From Squalus acanthias (taxonomy: Eukaryota), in assembly GCA_030390025.1 (NCBI GenBank), contig CM059437.1:23870001-23934000 (forward strand): a stretch of DNA of 64,000 bases. The letters are read 5' to 3'. The notes below the pieces were generated by a model that saw only the letters and a list, made by a program, of their open reading frames with translations, searched no databases and was not told where the DNA came from. Positions within the stretch are counted from its first letter, which is position 1, and the number at the start of each line of letters is the position of its first letter. A program made the translations under genes and the position numbers. Shown here one piece after another: positions 25,210-38,272 of the stretch.

Positions 25210-26939
25210 TTTTAACTCGAGGGACTTTGGAGCTTGAGATTTCTACAAACGATCATCACTGGATTAAAAAAAAAGTAGAACAATAGATTTGTACAAAACT
25301 GCACAGCAATCCTTGTGAAAAAGCCCTGCCGTCACCCTGACGAAGTTAATAAGTGACAAAGTAATTGCCTCTGCATCAGTTATCACGTCACGTTATTTCG
25401 CATGAATTGCTTTTGTTTTACATTATAAAGGTTCAAAATAAAGCGACTCCCCTCACTAGTTATGAAACCGCCTCTACATTCTTTTCTATAGCACTGCTTT
25501 CTCATAACACTAATTTTACGATTGTAAATTGCATTACATGCCCCCGTAGGAGGCCCTGCACAATAAACTATGACCTGTATAATGACCCAAGCCCTCAATT
25601 TTCCTGCCGTTGGTTCCCATAAGTGTTGACAGTTCAGGAAGTTGGAACAGGATTAGAGTTACTGTGACCCCCTAGAGAGGGGCATTCGAGTCAGGAATTT
25701 GGCAACGATGGGTCACGGATCACTTATAGAGGGGTTGATTTGTGACTGGTGGGTGCCTGACCTCTTCTCCACACTCCTCATCATTTTCTTTTAGTCCCAA
25801 ATACCTTGGGCTTCAAACAGCGACTGTCACTTCATTGACCCATTGTTGGATTAGCAGTTCACTGGACATTGTGCGGGAAAATGCATCAAGGCATGTCATA
25901 GCAAGCAGTCATGTGTAATGCCAAATAAAGAGACAGTTGAGGACAGCTGTGCCGGCATCTTGCACCAACCAAAAGTCCAGTTTACACAGCTTCAGTCAGT
26001 TCCTGCTTACAGGAACATAACTGCTGATCTTTGTTCAAATACCACTAAGCAAACAGTGGCAATCTAAATATTTTCCTGGTAATTGCAACAGAGGCACATC
26101 CAGAATAGGCAAATGGTAATTCAGCCATTCAGCATTTGACTCAAATTTATTGAGTTTGATTCAAACGGCTACCTGTCAATCAAATACTCTGTCATGGTTG
26201 GCTAACAGTTCCCAGCCAGGTTGCCAAGAAATAGAGTGGGGGGGGTTTGGGGAGATTGGAGAGGGGAACAAGAGAAAAAAAGGGCTGAGACCGATATCAC
26301 CCAACTCATCCGGGTCATATATTAATTCTTGCCAGTCAATTATAAAGTGATACTGCCATTGCTTACAGTCATGGTGTGGTCTCCAGGCCAACCAGGTGCA
26401 GACGGCCATCATGGGATGAACTTTTAATGAAGCAGTAGAAAGACAATCAATTAAATCAATTGCAGCAAGCAGTCTCCCTTCAGCAGAGGGCAGCAAAAGA
26501 GTGTATTTATGGACCACCTAAGCCATTCTGCAGTGGGGCGAGCGAACACCTTTTACATTCAAACCTCGAAATTCAGAATGATCGGATTAATAGTTTGCCC
26601 TTTGAATTCAAAGGCGAAATTTATCCCAGTGTTTATTCTTATCACAATGCAGGGATCTGCTCGTCCCTGCAACCGCTGCTCTGCTGTAATCTAGGCCACT
26701 AATTTACAGCTTGCATGGAATTCCCGGAATCCCATGAGATAAAAACAGAATTTGATTTATTCCGTCACCATAAGTCATTAGCCCTGCCTAGAACCAGATT
26801 GTAAGCAAATCATGTAAGGCTTGGAAACACTTGCCAGAGAAGGGGTGACAGCTCTTAATTCAGATGTTCACAAAGGATCTCCAACTGTCCCAGGAAAGTA
26901 GATAATGCAATGTTTTAATTATGGAAGCCCAATTTCCTT

Positions 26940-27356
26940 GCCAATTTCCTTCTCTGCTCACCTCTTCTGCAAGCATAAACTCCTTGTTGGGGGTGGGGGG
27001 GGGGAGCGTACAGTTTAATGGCACTGGTCACCTTCTTGTGCTTCACACAAGTGGCCATTATTTGTATATATACCTACAGTGAGCATCATCGGGCTATTTG
27101 ACTGTAGGGGGCATCAGACCCAGCCTGATCCTGTGCTCATTTGACATCCATGCACTTCCAGCGGGGGTAGTGGTCAGGAGGAGGAATCCTGGCCAATTTC
27201 GCTCTTCCTAAGAAAGGGGATTGAGGGCAACTTGTGGCACCCTCATCTTGGTCTTGGCCAAGATCAGTCAATTTAGCGTAGAACGGGGATTACAACTTAG
27301 CACCTTCCTCACCTGTATGGATCAGCCACTCACTGGACAATCACACTGAGCCACCT
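26940..27356 (-). mobile_element. SINE family B, reverse copy
   Basis: CAAGTGGCCA...GGCTATTTGACTGTAGGGGGCATCA...CACTGAGCCA, inverse of 11294-11700. Confidence 0.7.
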
Positions 27357-27469
27357 GGGGGACCGTTCACTCTTTTATATTGAGAAACCTAGGTCAAGGG
27401 TCAAGACCCATAGTGCAAGACACCTTAAAGGTTCAAAACTGTACAAGAGAAGACAAGGTAAATCAGGAA

Positions 27470-27635
27470 GCAGTTTTTAGGTGACACACCACTTTAATTT
27501 TAAAAGTCTGAAATTGTAGAAGGAAAGAAAAACGGAAAAAGTTCCGAAATTCCAGAGTCCTGAGGGCCTAGGAAAGAATGAGTTGGAACAGTGCCACGTC
27601 TTCACTACAACAAAGTGAGGGTGTAGGGAAGAGGA
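27470..27635 (-). mobile_element. Degenerate non-LTR retrotransposon 3' end
   Basis: Translates HPHF...SNSFFPRPSGLWN, like the SFFPRT..LWNSLP C-terminus of LINE ORF2. Confidence 0.5.
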
Positions 27636-27660
27636 ACAGCCTGTAGCACATTTGCAATTT

Positions 27661-27790
27661 AAGAAAGACTCGCATTTATATAGCACCTTTCACGACCACC
27701 GGACGTCTCAAAGCGCTTTACAGCCAATTAAGTACTTCTGAAGCGTAGTCGCTGTTGTAATGTGGGAAACACGGCAGCCAATTTGCACAA
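27661..27790 (-). mobile_element. DeuSINE 3' fragment
   Basis: AAGAAAGACTCGCATTTATATAGCACCTTTCACGACC..., inverse of 43815-43947. Confidence 0.85.
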
Positions 27791-29475
27791 GAGGATCAAG
27801 GGAGGAGGTTAAGAGGATTGATCATAGCTGCATTGCTAAACTAGATCAAATGCTGCTGCCTTAATCTACAGAATTCTATAGATGCTAGCTGCTGTCAGAT
27901 GGGACAAGGCCCATTTGCTTGCTACCAGCAGATTGAACTAAGGTGAGTTGGGGAACAGAAAAGAAGGATGTGGGAGAACAGATCCAGTCATTGTCCATTT
28001 CTGGTCTGCTTTATCACAGAGGAAAGCTGAGCAGCAGCCTCGTCGCAGAAAAACAGAGCTCGTGCGAAACCCAGAAAGTAACACCAGCTGTTAAGAGAGA
28101 TTAACACAGAGGGACAGGTTATTGACAATTACCAACAGAGGCTAGGGGAAGTAAATGCACACCATCTCTTTCTCCACAGGGACTCTCTGCTCATTTTTCA
28201 CCTGTTCCCCATACCGAGGCCCATCATGTCGAAGCTTCTAATCTAACCAGGTCTCGGGAGACCTGAACAAACTAGCTCAGCCATGGGAAAGAAAACATCC
28301 ACTGACCACACACTGGATCGAACTACTGATGGGAACTAACACTCACAGTTGCCAAAGCAACAATTTAAGCTTATGTTTATGTATTTCCTGTAGTGAGCCT
28401 TATTGGGGATATGCTAAGGCTTGGTAAGAGATACAGGAGATTTGAAATGAAGAATATTACTTGAAGTAAGCCGGCATTATGCTTCGAGTGTTAAGTTTTG
28501 GCAGCTCAGAGGGTCAAATTAAAAGAGGTATAAAGGATACTTGGTGGAATATTTCTGGGATATTTCGATGAACTGAAGCCACTGAATAACCCGTAAGCGA
28601 TATTGAAGTAGCGAAGTCTAGTCAACTTCACAAGTGAAAATCAAAAACAAAGTAGCTCAACGATCTGCAGGAAGTGTTCATTTTGTGACAGTTGGACTGT
28701 GCATTCATTTCCTTTAAAAAAGGAGAAAACTTAATTTTAAAAGGCTGGGAATTAGTGAGTAAACCAAATTCTGATCTCACTGCTTCACTGTGAGACTGGA
28801 GGCTCATAATGGAGCCCACGGCAACTAAAGTGCAATGGCTTTTTAGGTGCTCGGGCCCGTAATGCACTGAGTGCGGGACAATGCAGGCAGGAAGCACCTA
28901 GAGCTCTAACAGCCTGGACATTAACTTTGCACAAGGAGCATTAAGGCCCCATTTTCAAAGTAACTGAGTCCTGTCCCTCATGCGCTACTTACTCTGTGCC
29001 GATTGCAAACTGCTGCTGCAAGGGAGGGTTGTAGCAGAATTCTTAAGTATTTTCCCCAGTGTGGCCTGGCCTTCCATAAGAACCACACAACTTACCTGCA
29101 AGCTAGACTGTAGGGCTTCAAGAGGCCATGTAGCTCAGGGGAAATCATACGAACAATGACAGACAGGAAAAGACCCTCTGGTCCATCCAGCCTGTCCCAT
29201 ACAACTATGATGCCTTTCTCATCACAATATATACACTTCCCACTCCACCCGAAACCCAGTAATCTCCTGGTAGAAACCCATGGCCAATTAGGGGGGAAAA
29301 AAAACGTGGAAAATTTCTCTCCGACTCCCTTAGATGATCAAAACTAGTGCAGGAGACAACTCTGGCCCTGATTAATGTTATACAGGACCTACCTTTTCTA
29401 GTTTTTAAATCTGAACATTTTAATTAAATTACATTTTAATCCAATGACTCACACGGGGGTTAACTGCAAATAAAT

Positions 29476-29721
29476 ACATTACAACAGTGAAAACACTTCC
29501 AAAAAAAAGTACTTCATTGGCTGTAAAGCGCTTTGGGACATCCTGAGGTCGTGAAAGGTGCTATATAAATGCAAGTCTTGAAGTGCCGTAACCTACAAGG
29601 ATACGGACCAAGTGCTGGAAAGTGGGATTCGGCTGGATAGCTCTTTTGTCGGCCGGCATGGACAAGATGGGCTGAATGACCTCCTTCTGTGCTGTAAATT
29701 TCTATGATTCTTTCTTTCTTT
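29476..29721 (+). mobile_element. DeuSINE 3' end with a CR1 tail (about 29580-29711) nested in its (TCTT)n tail
   Basis: ...ATAAATGCAAGTCTT [CR1 tail ...TTCTATGATTCT] TTCTTTCTTT. Confidence 0.8.
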
Positions 29722-32192
29722 AAGTGTCGGCCGGTGCGATGGTGTGAAGATTCGTCACATTTCACTCCTCTCTTCTACCTCTAACCCCCCCCCCCACTTT
29801 ATCACGCAACAGAATTTCTTTAGGTTACAGTATGTTTTTATTTTCTAATCCATTGCAATACTGGTTATCATTTGGTTTCACTTTTGTCTTCCAGTTAAAG
29901 TTTCTCCCCTCCTTAAGAGAGGAACTCCTTGTGGCAGTACGGTTTCACAGGCCCGTTTGCCCTCAGATAGCTCGCCCAGAGGCTCTCATTTAAGGTTCAA
30001 GCCATGTCGGCAAGCACCAGCAGGATGTTCAATCCTGGGGGGAGCCTGATCCTATCCTCATCTGATGCGAACACAGGAATATTTATATCTGGGATTCATG
30101 GATAACTGGCAGGAGCAGGAAGCCTGGCCGATTTCCCCCATTCCTAACCCAGATGGGTGATAAACACAAGAACAGCAGTGTGATATGATAAATATATCTG
30201 CTTTGGTGAGCCTAACTAGATAGTTGTAGTCAGCTCAAAGGCCAGAGTTGATGTGTGCACTGTATTATGCCACTGAACAGAACATATTCTATTTATGGCA
30301 TTTGCAGTAAATTTTCAATTGAAAGAAATGAAATAGTCGTATAGTTTTGTAGCCAGACGGAGAAACAGTGTAAGCAGCTTTATTAACGATATATTTGTAC
30401 TAGTTATGCAAATAATATAATACATCAGTACAGTGCTGAAATTTTTAAATCAATAGACTTACTGCAGCACGAAACAGTGGCGTTCATCTTTAGTATGCTA
30501 GTGGTATCATCACAGTGATACATGCAAAAACTGCCAAGACTTCTTTTCTCAACCATTTCAATAGAAGCTGAAGTCCTTTCAGATTAAGGCCATCCTGACC
30601 ATTACTGCAGCTGGCATTTACAATGGAAATTCTTACGAAACAGTGGCACCGTTTTTAAGGGGGAGCTGGAGGCAGTGGGTTGGTTTATTTGCTGCATAGA
30701 CTACAGATTCCTTTGGTTTTCCACATGTAGAAACCCCCCCCACCCCGCCCACGCCTCCCCCAACCCCCCAAAGAAAGTACAAGACTTCCAAACGTCTCAA
30801 TAATATAACTCATCATTAGGGAAGAGTGGCAGCTACAGGAACTACAGTAACATCGTGTCACCAGCATATTTTTAAAGATATGGTCATCTGCTCATCGGCC
30901 AATTTGCACAGCGCACATAAATTTCTAGTCTACATGGATCTACAATCTGCAAGGGTTTTTTTTAAAGTAAAAAATAAACATGCAAGAGGTGCTCTCTTTC
31001 ATTGAAAGAGGGTCCTATGGTATAGGCACATTTCATATTCATCTGTTACATGTGACTGAATTGCAATATTTTTTGAAATGATTTGTTTGCAAGAGCTTCA
31101 TGCCCAAAGTTTAGGAATTCTTGGGAGGAAACTTTCATTCTTTTCCAGTCTGCGCGATCCCTACTGCAAAATGCAGGTGGGAGAGGAAACAGAACTTACT
31201 GGTCAAGTATCTGAATTACTTTGACATCAGTGGTTCTGAAGCCCTTGTTTGGAACTAAAAAAATGTTCTTCTATTAACTGCAACATGTTGCAATCTTACT
31301 GTTCTAAAAACGCCGATTAGACAGTTGATGATTTTAAAACATATTTTGAAATCCATTTTTCAGAATATTCACATATGCTCTCAGTGTTGCGTCAGTTACT
31401 GTATTCTCACATTAGGTTTATGCACGTTGTAAGCGCATCAAACTCTAACATAACACATGATTTTACTGTGCTATCAAAATCTGATAACATTTTACTAAAG
31501 AGCAAGAAAATCTTCAGGGAAAAGTGGATCTCATGACAAGCAGAAAGATACATTACAATGAGAAGATCTCCTAAGAAAAGTGTACTCAGATGTTCTTGCA
31601 AGTTGTCTGTCAGGGAGTCTAACACAGCTCAAACTATTAATCCTAAAATGCCTGTCAGGAGGGTGTTATAGACACTCATGTTTGAAACACTGTGGCATTG
31701 ATCTGAACACCCTTTGTCCACTGTTCAGCTCTCTCAGCATCGCCAATTTCTTTGTAAAGCCCAGTACAGCGGGAATGATTGGGCAAGAAGGATTTTCTAC
31801 AGACTTAGCAGTTGGCAGGACTTACTGGGTCAATAGGCCAGAGATTCTGCTGCCTGCATTACTGAAACAGAGAGTTTGGTTTGCTTTGGCTCCCAGTATT
31901 TGCCATTTAAGACAAGGTATTTCTTCATTTACAAACAGATGCTTTTCAAAATGCTCTAAAATATAAAACTACAACAAGTTAAGGACTGTAAAGCTTACTA
32001 TCACAAAACGACACAGTATTTGGTTTAAGCCAAGCAACTGCAATCTTTTCCCATTTAAAATTTGTTCTGTTACCCCTTCCCATACCACACACCATTCCCT
32101 GATCAAAAGGTCAAGTGACCTGCTCCAAGACAACCCAGCTGTAAAATAGGGTCAAAGTGCCATAAATTTTTCTGACCATTAGATATTGCCCT

Positions 32193-32527
32193 CTTTTTTT
32201 TAATTCTTTTTTTATGGGATGTGGGTGTCCGCTGGCAAGGCCAGCATTTATTGCCCATCTCTAATTGCCCTTGAGAAGGTGGTGGTCAGCCGCCTTCTTG
32301 AACAGCTGCAGTCCGTGTGGTGAAGGTACTCCCACAGTGCTGTTAGGTAGGGATTCCAGGATTTTGACCCAGCGACGATGAAGGATCGGCGATATACTTC
32401 TAAGTCAGGATGGTGTGTGACTTGGAGGGGAACTTGGAGGTGGTGGTGTTCCCATGCGCCTGCTGCCCTTGTCCTTCCAGGTGGAAGAGGTCGCGGGTTT
32501 GGGAGGTGCTGCTGAAGAAGCCTTGGC
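32193..32527 (-). mobile_element. Non-LTR retrotransposon 3' end (RTE-X-like), A-rich tail
   Basis: Minus strand ends GGGCAATAAATGCTGGCCTTGCCAGC...CCCAT plus an A-rich tail; translates SFIVAGSKSWN. Confidence 0.7.
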
Positions 32528-32915
32528 ACGTTCCTTCTCTATGGGGATGTGGCCATACTAGGCGCCACACATTGATCAGCCTAGTTGAGTTCAGGAATTT
32601 GTGGTGCAAAGGAATCTAGAAGGGAAACTTGCACCTTACCTGTCCAGTGTGCTGGTACACAGACACACTGTGCCAACAAATTGCCGAGTTCTAAGTATCT
32701 GAACATTATTTGTACTCTGTAGCCACTTGGAAGACACAGGATACTCACTCTCACAAAGTGGCTACCAATTCCCAGGGTAATTGAATCTCAAAGTTTGAGT
32801 GAGAAAGGGTTAAACATTGGATTTCAAAGGCCAAGACATTGATGTAATATCTGGGAAGCAGGAGACCTGAGCCATTGACTTTTTTGCATGACTTCAGCAC
32901 CAATTGCATTCTTTG

Positions 32916-33380
32916 AAAGAAGGGAAAACTTATATTTATTTAGCACCTTTCATGACCTCAGGACATCCAAAAGTGCTTTACAACCAATGAAGTATTTTTG
33001 AAGTGTAGTCACTGTTGTAATATAGGAAAACGTGACAGCCAATTTGCGCACAGCAAGGTCCCACAAACAGCAATGAAATAATGACTAGATAATCTGTTTC
33101 AGTGATGTTGGTTGAGGGATAAATATTGGCCAAGACACCAGAGAGAACTCGCCTGCTCTTCTTCTAAATAGTGTCATGGGATCTTTTACGACCACCTGAG
33201 GGGGCAGACGGGGCCTCATTTTAACATCTCATCCGAAAGACGGAACCTCCAACAGTGCAGCACTGCCTCAGTACCAACCTGAAGTGTCAGCCTAGATAAT
33301 GTGCTTCATTCTCTGGAGCGGGACTTAAACCTACAACCCTCTGACTCAGACGCAAGAGTAATACCACTGAGCCAAGGCTC
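32916..33380 (-). mobile_element. Full-length DeuSINE (SacSINE1-like), reverse
   Basis: Reverse complement of 52448-52925 over its whole length. Confidence 0.92.
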
Positions 33381-33468
33381 ATTCTCTTACCCCACTCTCT
33401 TTATACCCTGAAATTACCTATTTGATTACTGCAGGAGAGGGAAAAAGACACTGAGCAGCCTGGGGGAC

Positions 33469-33621
33469 CAATGCTCCCGTTAAGCTGCGTGGCCGCGCAG
33501 CGGTCTGGAGATCTCGCGCAGGCCTTTCACCGGGAAAAACCGCGCATACGTGAAAATTTGAACGGGCCGCGCAGCCAGTTAAAGGGCCCGCGCACTGAAA
33601 AAAAAATAAGAGGGAACATTG
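33469..33621. mobile_element. hAT-type MITE
   Basis: TIRs CAATGCTCCCGTTA / TAAGAGGGAACATTG; 8-bp flanks TGGGGGAC / CTGGGGAC. Confidence 0.75.
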
Positions 33622-33645
33622 CTGGGGACCCCTAGCACAACTGTG

Positions 33646-33770
33646 ACAAAGACAGAAAGTACAAGAAACACACACAGCAGGCGGCATCTGTAAAAAGAGA
33701 AATGAATATTTCAGATCTGACCTTTCGTCAGAACTCCAACATTTTCTGTTTTCCAGCACTTACAGTTTTT
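33646..33770 (-). mobile_element. Decayed PLE remnant (second family) with degenerate hammerhead core
   Basis: Minus strand reads AGTT-CTGACGA-AAGGTCAGATCT-GAAA-TATT; related to 57602-57686; followed by an inverted CATTTTCTGTTTT end. Confidence 0.55.
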
Positions 33771-34239
33771 ACCCCCCATTACAACTGTGACTGACGCATC
33801 TGAATGCCAGGAAACTATGGACTCGAATCAGTGAGCATTAAGAAAAATTTGGAACATGACACTATAAAAACATGCCACTGAGAAGTTATAGCTTCTAAAT
33901 TTGCTTTCTAAAGATACTACATGGGAATATCGTGAGATCTAACCCTTTAACCATACGAATGGGTCCCTTTCTCAGGTTATCCAAAAGGATGTTCTATTAT
34001 TAACTGTCTTCTCTTACGAATTACATTTCAAATGTTAATTTTAGAAAGCAGAAGACACAGGCACAGGACTTTATTTACAGCACTTTCTAAAATTAAAATT
34101 TGAACATCTGATTAAAGATATTAAAAATTAAACTGTGGGCCTCTAAAGGGAATTTGTAAAAGATTTACCTTCCATTACTTTTGAACTTTATTCTTGACAG
34201 GCTCTGGAACTATTTTGAAAATCTACTTAAAAGTTTATA

Positions 34240-34263
34240 CACAGACACACACACACACACACA
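34240..34263. repeat. (AC)n microsatellite
   Basis: Directly visible. Confidence 0.9.
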
Positions 34264-34341
34264 ATCAGAAAAGAAAAGTGACTTTTAATTTTAGAAATGC
34301 TGTTTAAAAAACAAATTCAGTAAATTTTAACTAGAACTCTA

Positions 34342-35132
34342 GGGGGGAAAATTAGGTTGGTTCGCGCCTCCCGTTAGCGCCTCTGGGGGGCGCTAACGGG
34401 GCGCTAGGAATTTAGCGTCCGAGCGCGACGATTTTAGTGCCACTCGTGAAATTGACCAGTCGTTTTGCGGCGGCGCTAAACACTACCGCCACGATCTCCT
34501 GCACCTGCAGATCGTGACGTCAGTCAAGCGTGCAACGCCCCGGACCGGATATTGAGTCGCGCCCCCTGCCTTAGCACCTGCCGCTAGGAACGACAGGTAG
34601 AGGGGAATGTTTTCAAGTTAGGAAGGGGCTGGGGGAGCGCTATTTAAAGGCGGACGCTTCCTGCCATTTCTTGTCGGCAAAATTTTTGGTTTTAACGCTG
34701 TCCTAAGGAGTTTTGGCCCTCAGCACCACTTTTGACGTTCCTAAGCGCCGAGCTCTTTCACTGGGCCTATCCATTAGTGGTTCCAACACAATTGCTTTCG
34801 AGGGCTCTCCAGGCCGAGATTCAAGGCTGCAATGAGCAGGGTGTGGCTAGCCAGCAAGATGGCCCCTCCCCTTTAAGAACTGGACGGCGCCAGTCTGTCT
34901 GGCTTCCATGGTAATTGGCATCGCCTGAGCTTCGGTAGCGTTCTGAGGTAGCGCCTCGCTCCCTGATGTTTGCGCCTTGAGAGGTGTGTAGCGCCTGATT
35001 TAGCGCACAAATCACCTCCATGGGCAACAGAGGCGAATTTTGCAGTCGGAGGCGATAATTAGCGCCGGGCGCTAAACTTTGCGCCCGGCCGATATTAGCG
35101 CCCCAAAATGGGCGATACCCAATTTTTCCCCC
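34342..35132. mobile_element. GC/CpG-rich MITE (Harbinger-like)
   Basis: TIRs GGGGGGAAAATT / AATTTTTCCCCC; repeated TAGCGCC/GGCGCTA motifs; homologous to 8433-8729. Confidence 0.85.
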
Positions 35133-35137
35133 TCGAA

Positions 35138-35265
35138 GTTTACAGCACAGAAGGAGGTCATTTGGCCCATTGTGTCTGTGCTGGCTCTTTGCTGGAGTAA
35201 TCCAAAATTAATTCCAATGCCCTGCTCTCGCCCCATAGCCCTGCATCTTCCTCTGCTTCAAACTT
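35138..35265 (-). mobile_element. CR1 3' tail fragment
   Basis: TTTACAGCACAGAAGGAGGTCATTTGGCCCAT..., same as the start of 57225-57857. Confidence 0.7.
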
Positions 35266-35567
35266 CTTGAAAGGCGGCTCAAAAGTAATATATTAAAGAT
35301 CACTGCATAGAAGTTAATTGGTTACTGCATTTGGATGAGGTTTCTGGGTTCACTATTTAAACAGAGTTGTGAACCCATTTATTACTCAGATTATCTGGCT
35401 AAAAATAGCACAGACAGAAATTTTGTCCCAATGTGCTAATCAATTTTGCTAAAGTCAAGGTCATTTCTGCCCTCCAGCTGTGTTAATTCTTTTCCTTTAA
35501 CCTCCTTTAAAATACGCGCACAACCCAACTTGTCTACTTCCTAAAATGATCAGAGACAGACACCAAC

Positions 35568-35677
35568 CTTCTTTAAAACACTGTCTAGAGTTTCCGGACG
35601 ACTGATATCAAAACAGATTAGCACAGCATCCGAGTCGGGGTAGGCCAGCGGGCGAACGTTGTCATAATATGCTGATC
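35568..35677 (-). CDS. RND2: RND2 coding exon 3
   Basis: Not in the ORF track; read by hand. CTCCAG|GA TCA GCA TAT TAT GAC...AAG AAG|GTTGGT; 110 nt. Translates (G)[36 protein letters not shown] (switch II region) and joins exon 4 in frame. Confidence 0.96.
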
Positions 35678-36155
35678 CTGGAGGGAGAAAAAGAAAGATG
35701 TCAAAATGGGATGTAAAAGGGGAGTTATTTTATGCGCCTCGTGAGAACGCCTGTCATGACTAAGCAATCTGCGGTTTCCTTATAAAAAACAATGACACTA
35801 AACACAATTTTTGCACATTGGGATGTAGACATCAGCAGAACAGAATACCATTGAACATATCATTTGTCAAAATGCTTTATAATTGGATGAGTGCACTTGC
35901 AAAATAGAAAGTGAATGGCACATTGGAATATACATTTATGTGGTCTACAATAGACTATTTAATAGATAATACTGCTTATAGTGGGGAAGGGAGTTTGATT
36001 TAGATACAGCATTATAAAAAAAATTTAAAAACGGACAGTGGTCATCATCCTTTAATATAACAAAATTAAACACAGCCAAAGATCCAGTGCCCAACAAGAC
36101 ATTTTAAGAATTGTAGTTGCACAACAATAACTTTTTGGGGCATTAGAAAATCAGT

Positions 36156-36813
36156 GGGGGGAAAATTCGGTTGCTTTGCGCCTCCCGTTAGCGCCAACGC
36201 CTCCCACGAAATTCAGCAGGAAGTTAGCGGCGGCAGTAACCGTTAGTGCCCCGCTGCGCCGCCGGCGATGACATCATCGCCGTGCGCAGCGCCCCGGCCA
36301 CGATCTTCGGTATCGCCCCCTGACTTACCGCCGGACGCTATGTCCGACGGGGTCAGGGGGGCCTACCTGTGGCCGGGCCGGCGCTAATTAAAGGGGAGGT
36401 GCCGGGCGGCCATTTCTGTTGCTGGCCGCCTGCCAGCACCTGCCCCTGTTGCCGTCCCCGACCTCCTCATCAGCCCCCCTCATCAGAGTGTTGTCTGCGC
36501 TCCGTGAACCCGGCACTCCTCTTGAGTGCCGGGCTCTTTTGCTGGCACTCCGATCCCTGGTGGCCCAGCTGGGCCCCGGGTCACGCTGCGCAAGGCCCCT
36601 CCCCTTTAAGAAGGGGAGGAAGGCCTGCAGTACCGCGGCGCGATATTCCCTCGCAGCGCCCCAAGAGGGAGGCGGGGCGCTTCCAGTAGTGCACCGCTTC
36701 CTTCTTGGGGCGCTACCGATGAATTTCGGCCACGGGGGCGCTAATTTTTTCGCTAAAAGTAGCACCCCGGCGAAGTTAGCGCCCCAAAGGGGGCGCGACT
36801 CAATTTTTCCACC
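36156..36813. mobile_element. GC/CpG-rich MITE (PIF/Harbinger-like), 3-bp TSD AGT
   Basis: AGT|GGGGGGAAAATT...AATTTTTCCACC|AGT; collinear with 47928-48548. Confidence 0.9.
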
Positions 36814-38272
36814 AGTATTTTCAGCTGCCTATAATTTGCTGTTCAACTGAATGGTGCAAAACACTTCTTAAATGTCAGAGGTGGTTAAAAGTCTGTCACG
36901 GGCAATCTCCAGCCAAGAGAGATGAAGGGCGATGCTTTTCTAGATTTCCACCCATGTTACCAGGGATTAAGAACAAAATAAGGGAGACCTGTGTTGACTT
37001 CCCCACCAACTTATACTCCATTGGGAAAACCAATGTTCACTGCAACAACTCCCACACTGATCCCGCTGAGATGGAACCTTGGCATCTGAAAAATCATGAC
37101 CATGAACCCTTTGTGCTACCACTCAGTAATGAGTATGTTGGTAAATCAAACAGACATAAATTGTGCCATCCAGATTTCATACTGATAAATCACTAGTTAG
37201 CTACAGATACTAAGGTATCTGCAAGGCTACTGATTTCTGACTGGGATTGTGTCTGTTTCTTTAAGTACCACAGCAAACAAATGAAAGAGACGGCAATGAC
37301 TTAGACAGCAGACTTCACCACAGCAATCTGCCTCCACTACTGCCCTAGCTAGGTACGAACACAAACTCATCCAGTCTACACGAACCAGTTTCAATAAATG
37401 TTTAGTCCACTCATTACAATGGTGAGGTGCTGGATTCAAAACCATAAGCAGGGTTTACATTAGGCAGTTCCAACTAACTCTACCTCTGTCAAGTGTACGA
37501 ATGTTTTGGCGTGGAAGCTATGAATTAAACCTTATTGCTCCACTCTTACTGAAGGACTTTGTTAATTTCTGTCAAAACTTGTTGGCATCAGCTCACAGCT
37601 ACAATGGTCATTTTCATTTAAATATATAGTTTTATAGTCCGCAATACACAATTAAGTACACAATGGTATCATTATCTTTTCAGATGCTGATGGGCAGCCT
37701 TGTATTAACAACATTTTCTGCTTTTATTTCAATAGCCTTCATTTTCACCTTTACAAACGATTTACTACTAGATTCTGGCTAAAGTAAGTGATTACTGAAG
37801 GTTGTCAAACTGTAATCGAAACGTAGCATCAATCTATTCACATGAAGGTTTTCAGAGCGCCTGTCACACTCCAGATGTCACACTTTGTGTAAAACAGTAA
37901 ATCACAGCAAACAACCTTAGAAAATGTACAAGAAACAAAAGAAAGCCAGTCATTTCCTGCAGGTTTTTTTTCTAACCTTGAGATATCTCGTCTCTCCTCC
38001 AGGAGGGGAGCCAAAGCCATTGCTAATCTGCAGCAACGTCTAACAATAATTAACTTTTACTTGAGCTCAGGATCTATTTAGACCACTTGCCCACTGGAAT
38101 ACCTGAGCAATGGCCTTCAAGGGATAAGCCAAGTTACCACCCAAACACCACATCCAAACTGCAGACCCAAACTATCCATAAGCAATACCACATCAACAGC
38201 TATTCAGTTAGTCTATTGTTCCTACAATGGATGGATTATGTTTTGAAATGGACAACTGAATAAAACAACGTA

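Noticed and set aside
25337-25365. CTGACGA as another hammerhead core
   Set aside because: No stem II and no GAAA box at the right spacing.
36369-36850. GC-rich ORFs (also 48096-48581, 24492-25286, 4509-4881) as genes or a CpG-island promoter
   Set aside because: They lie inside TIR-bounded repeats; ORF length reflects GC content.
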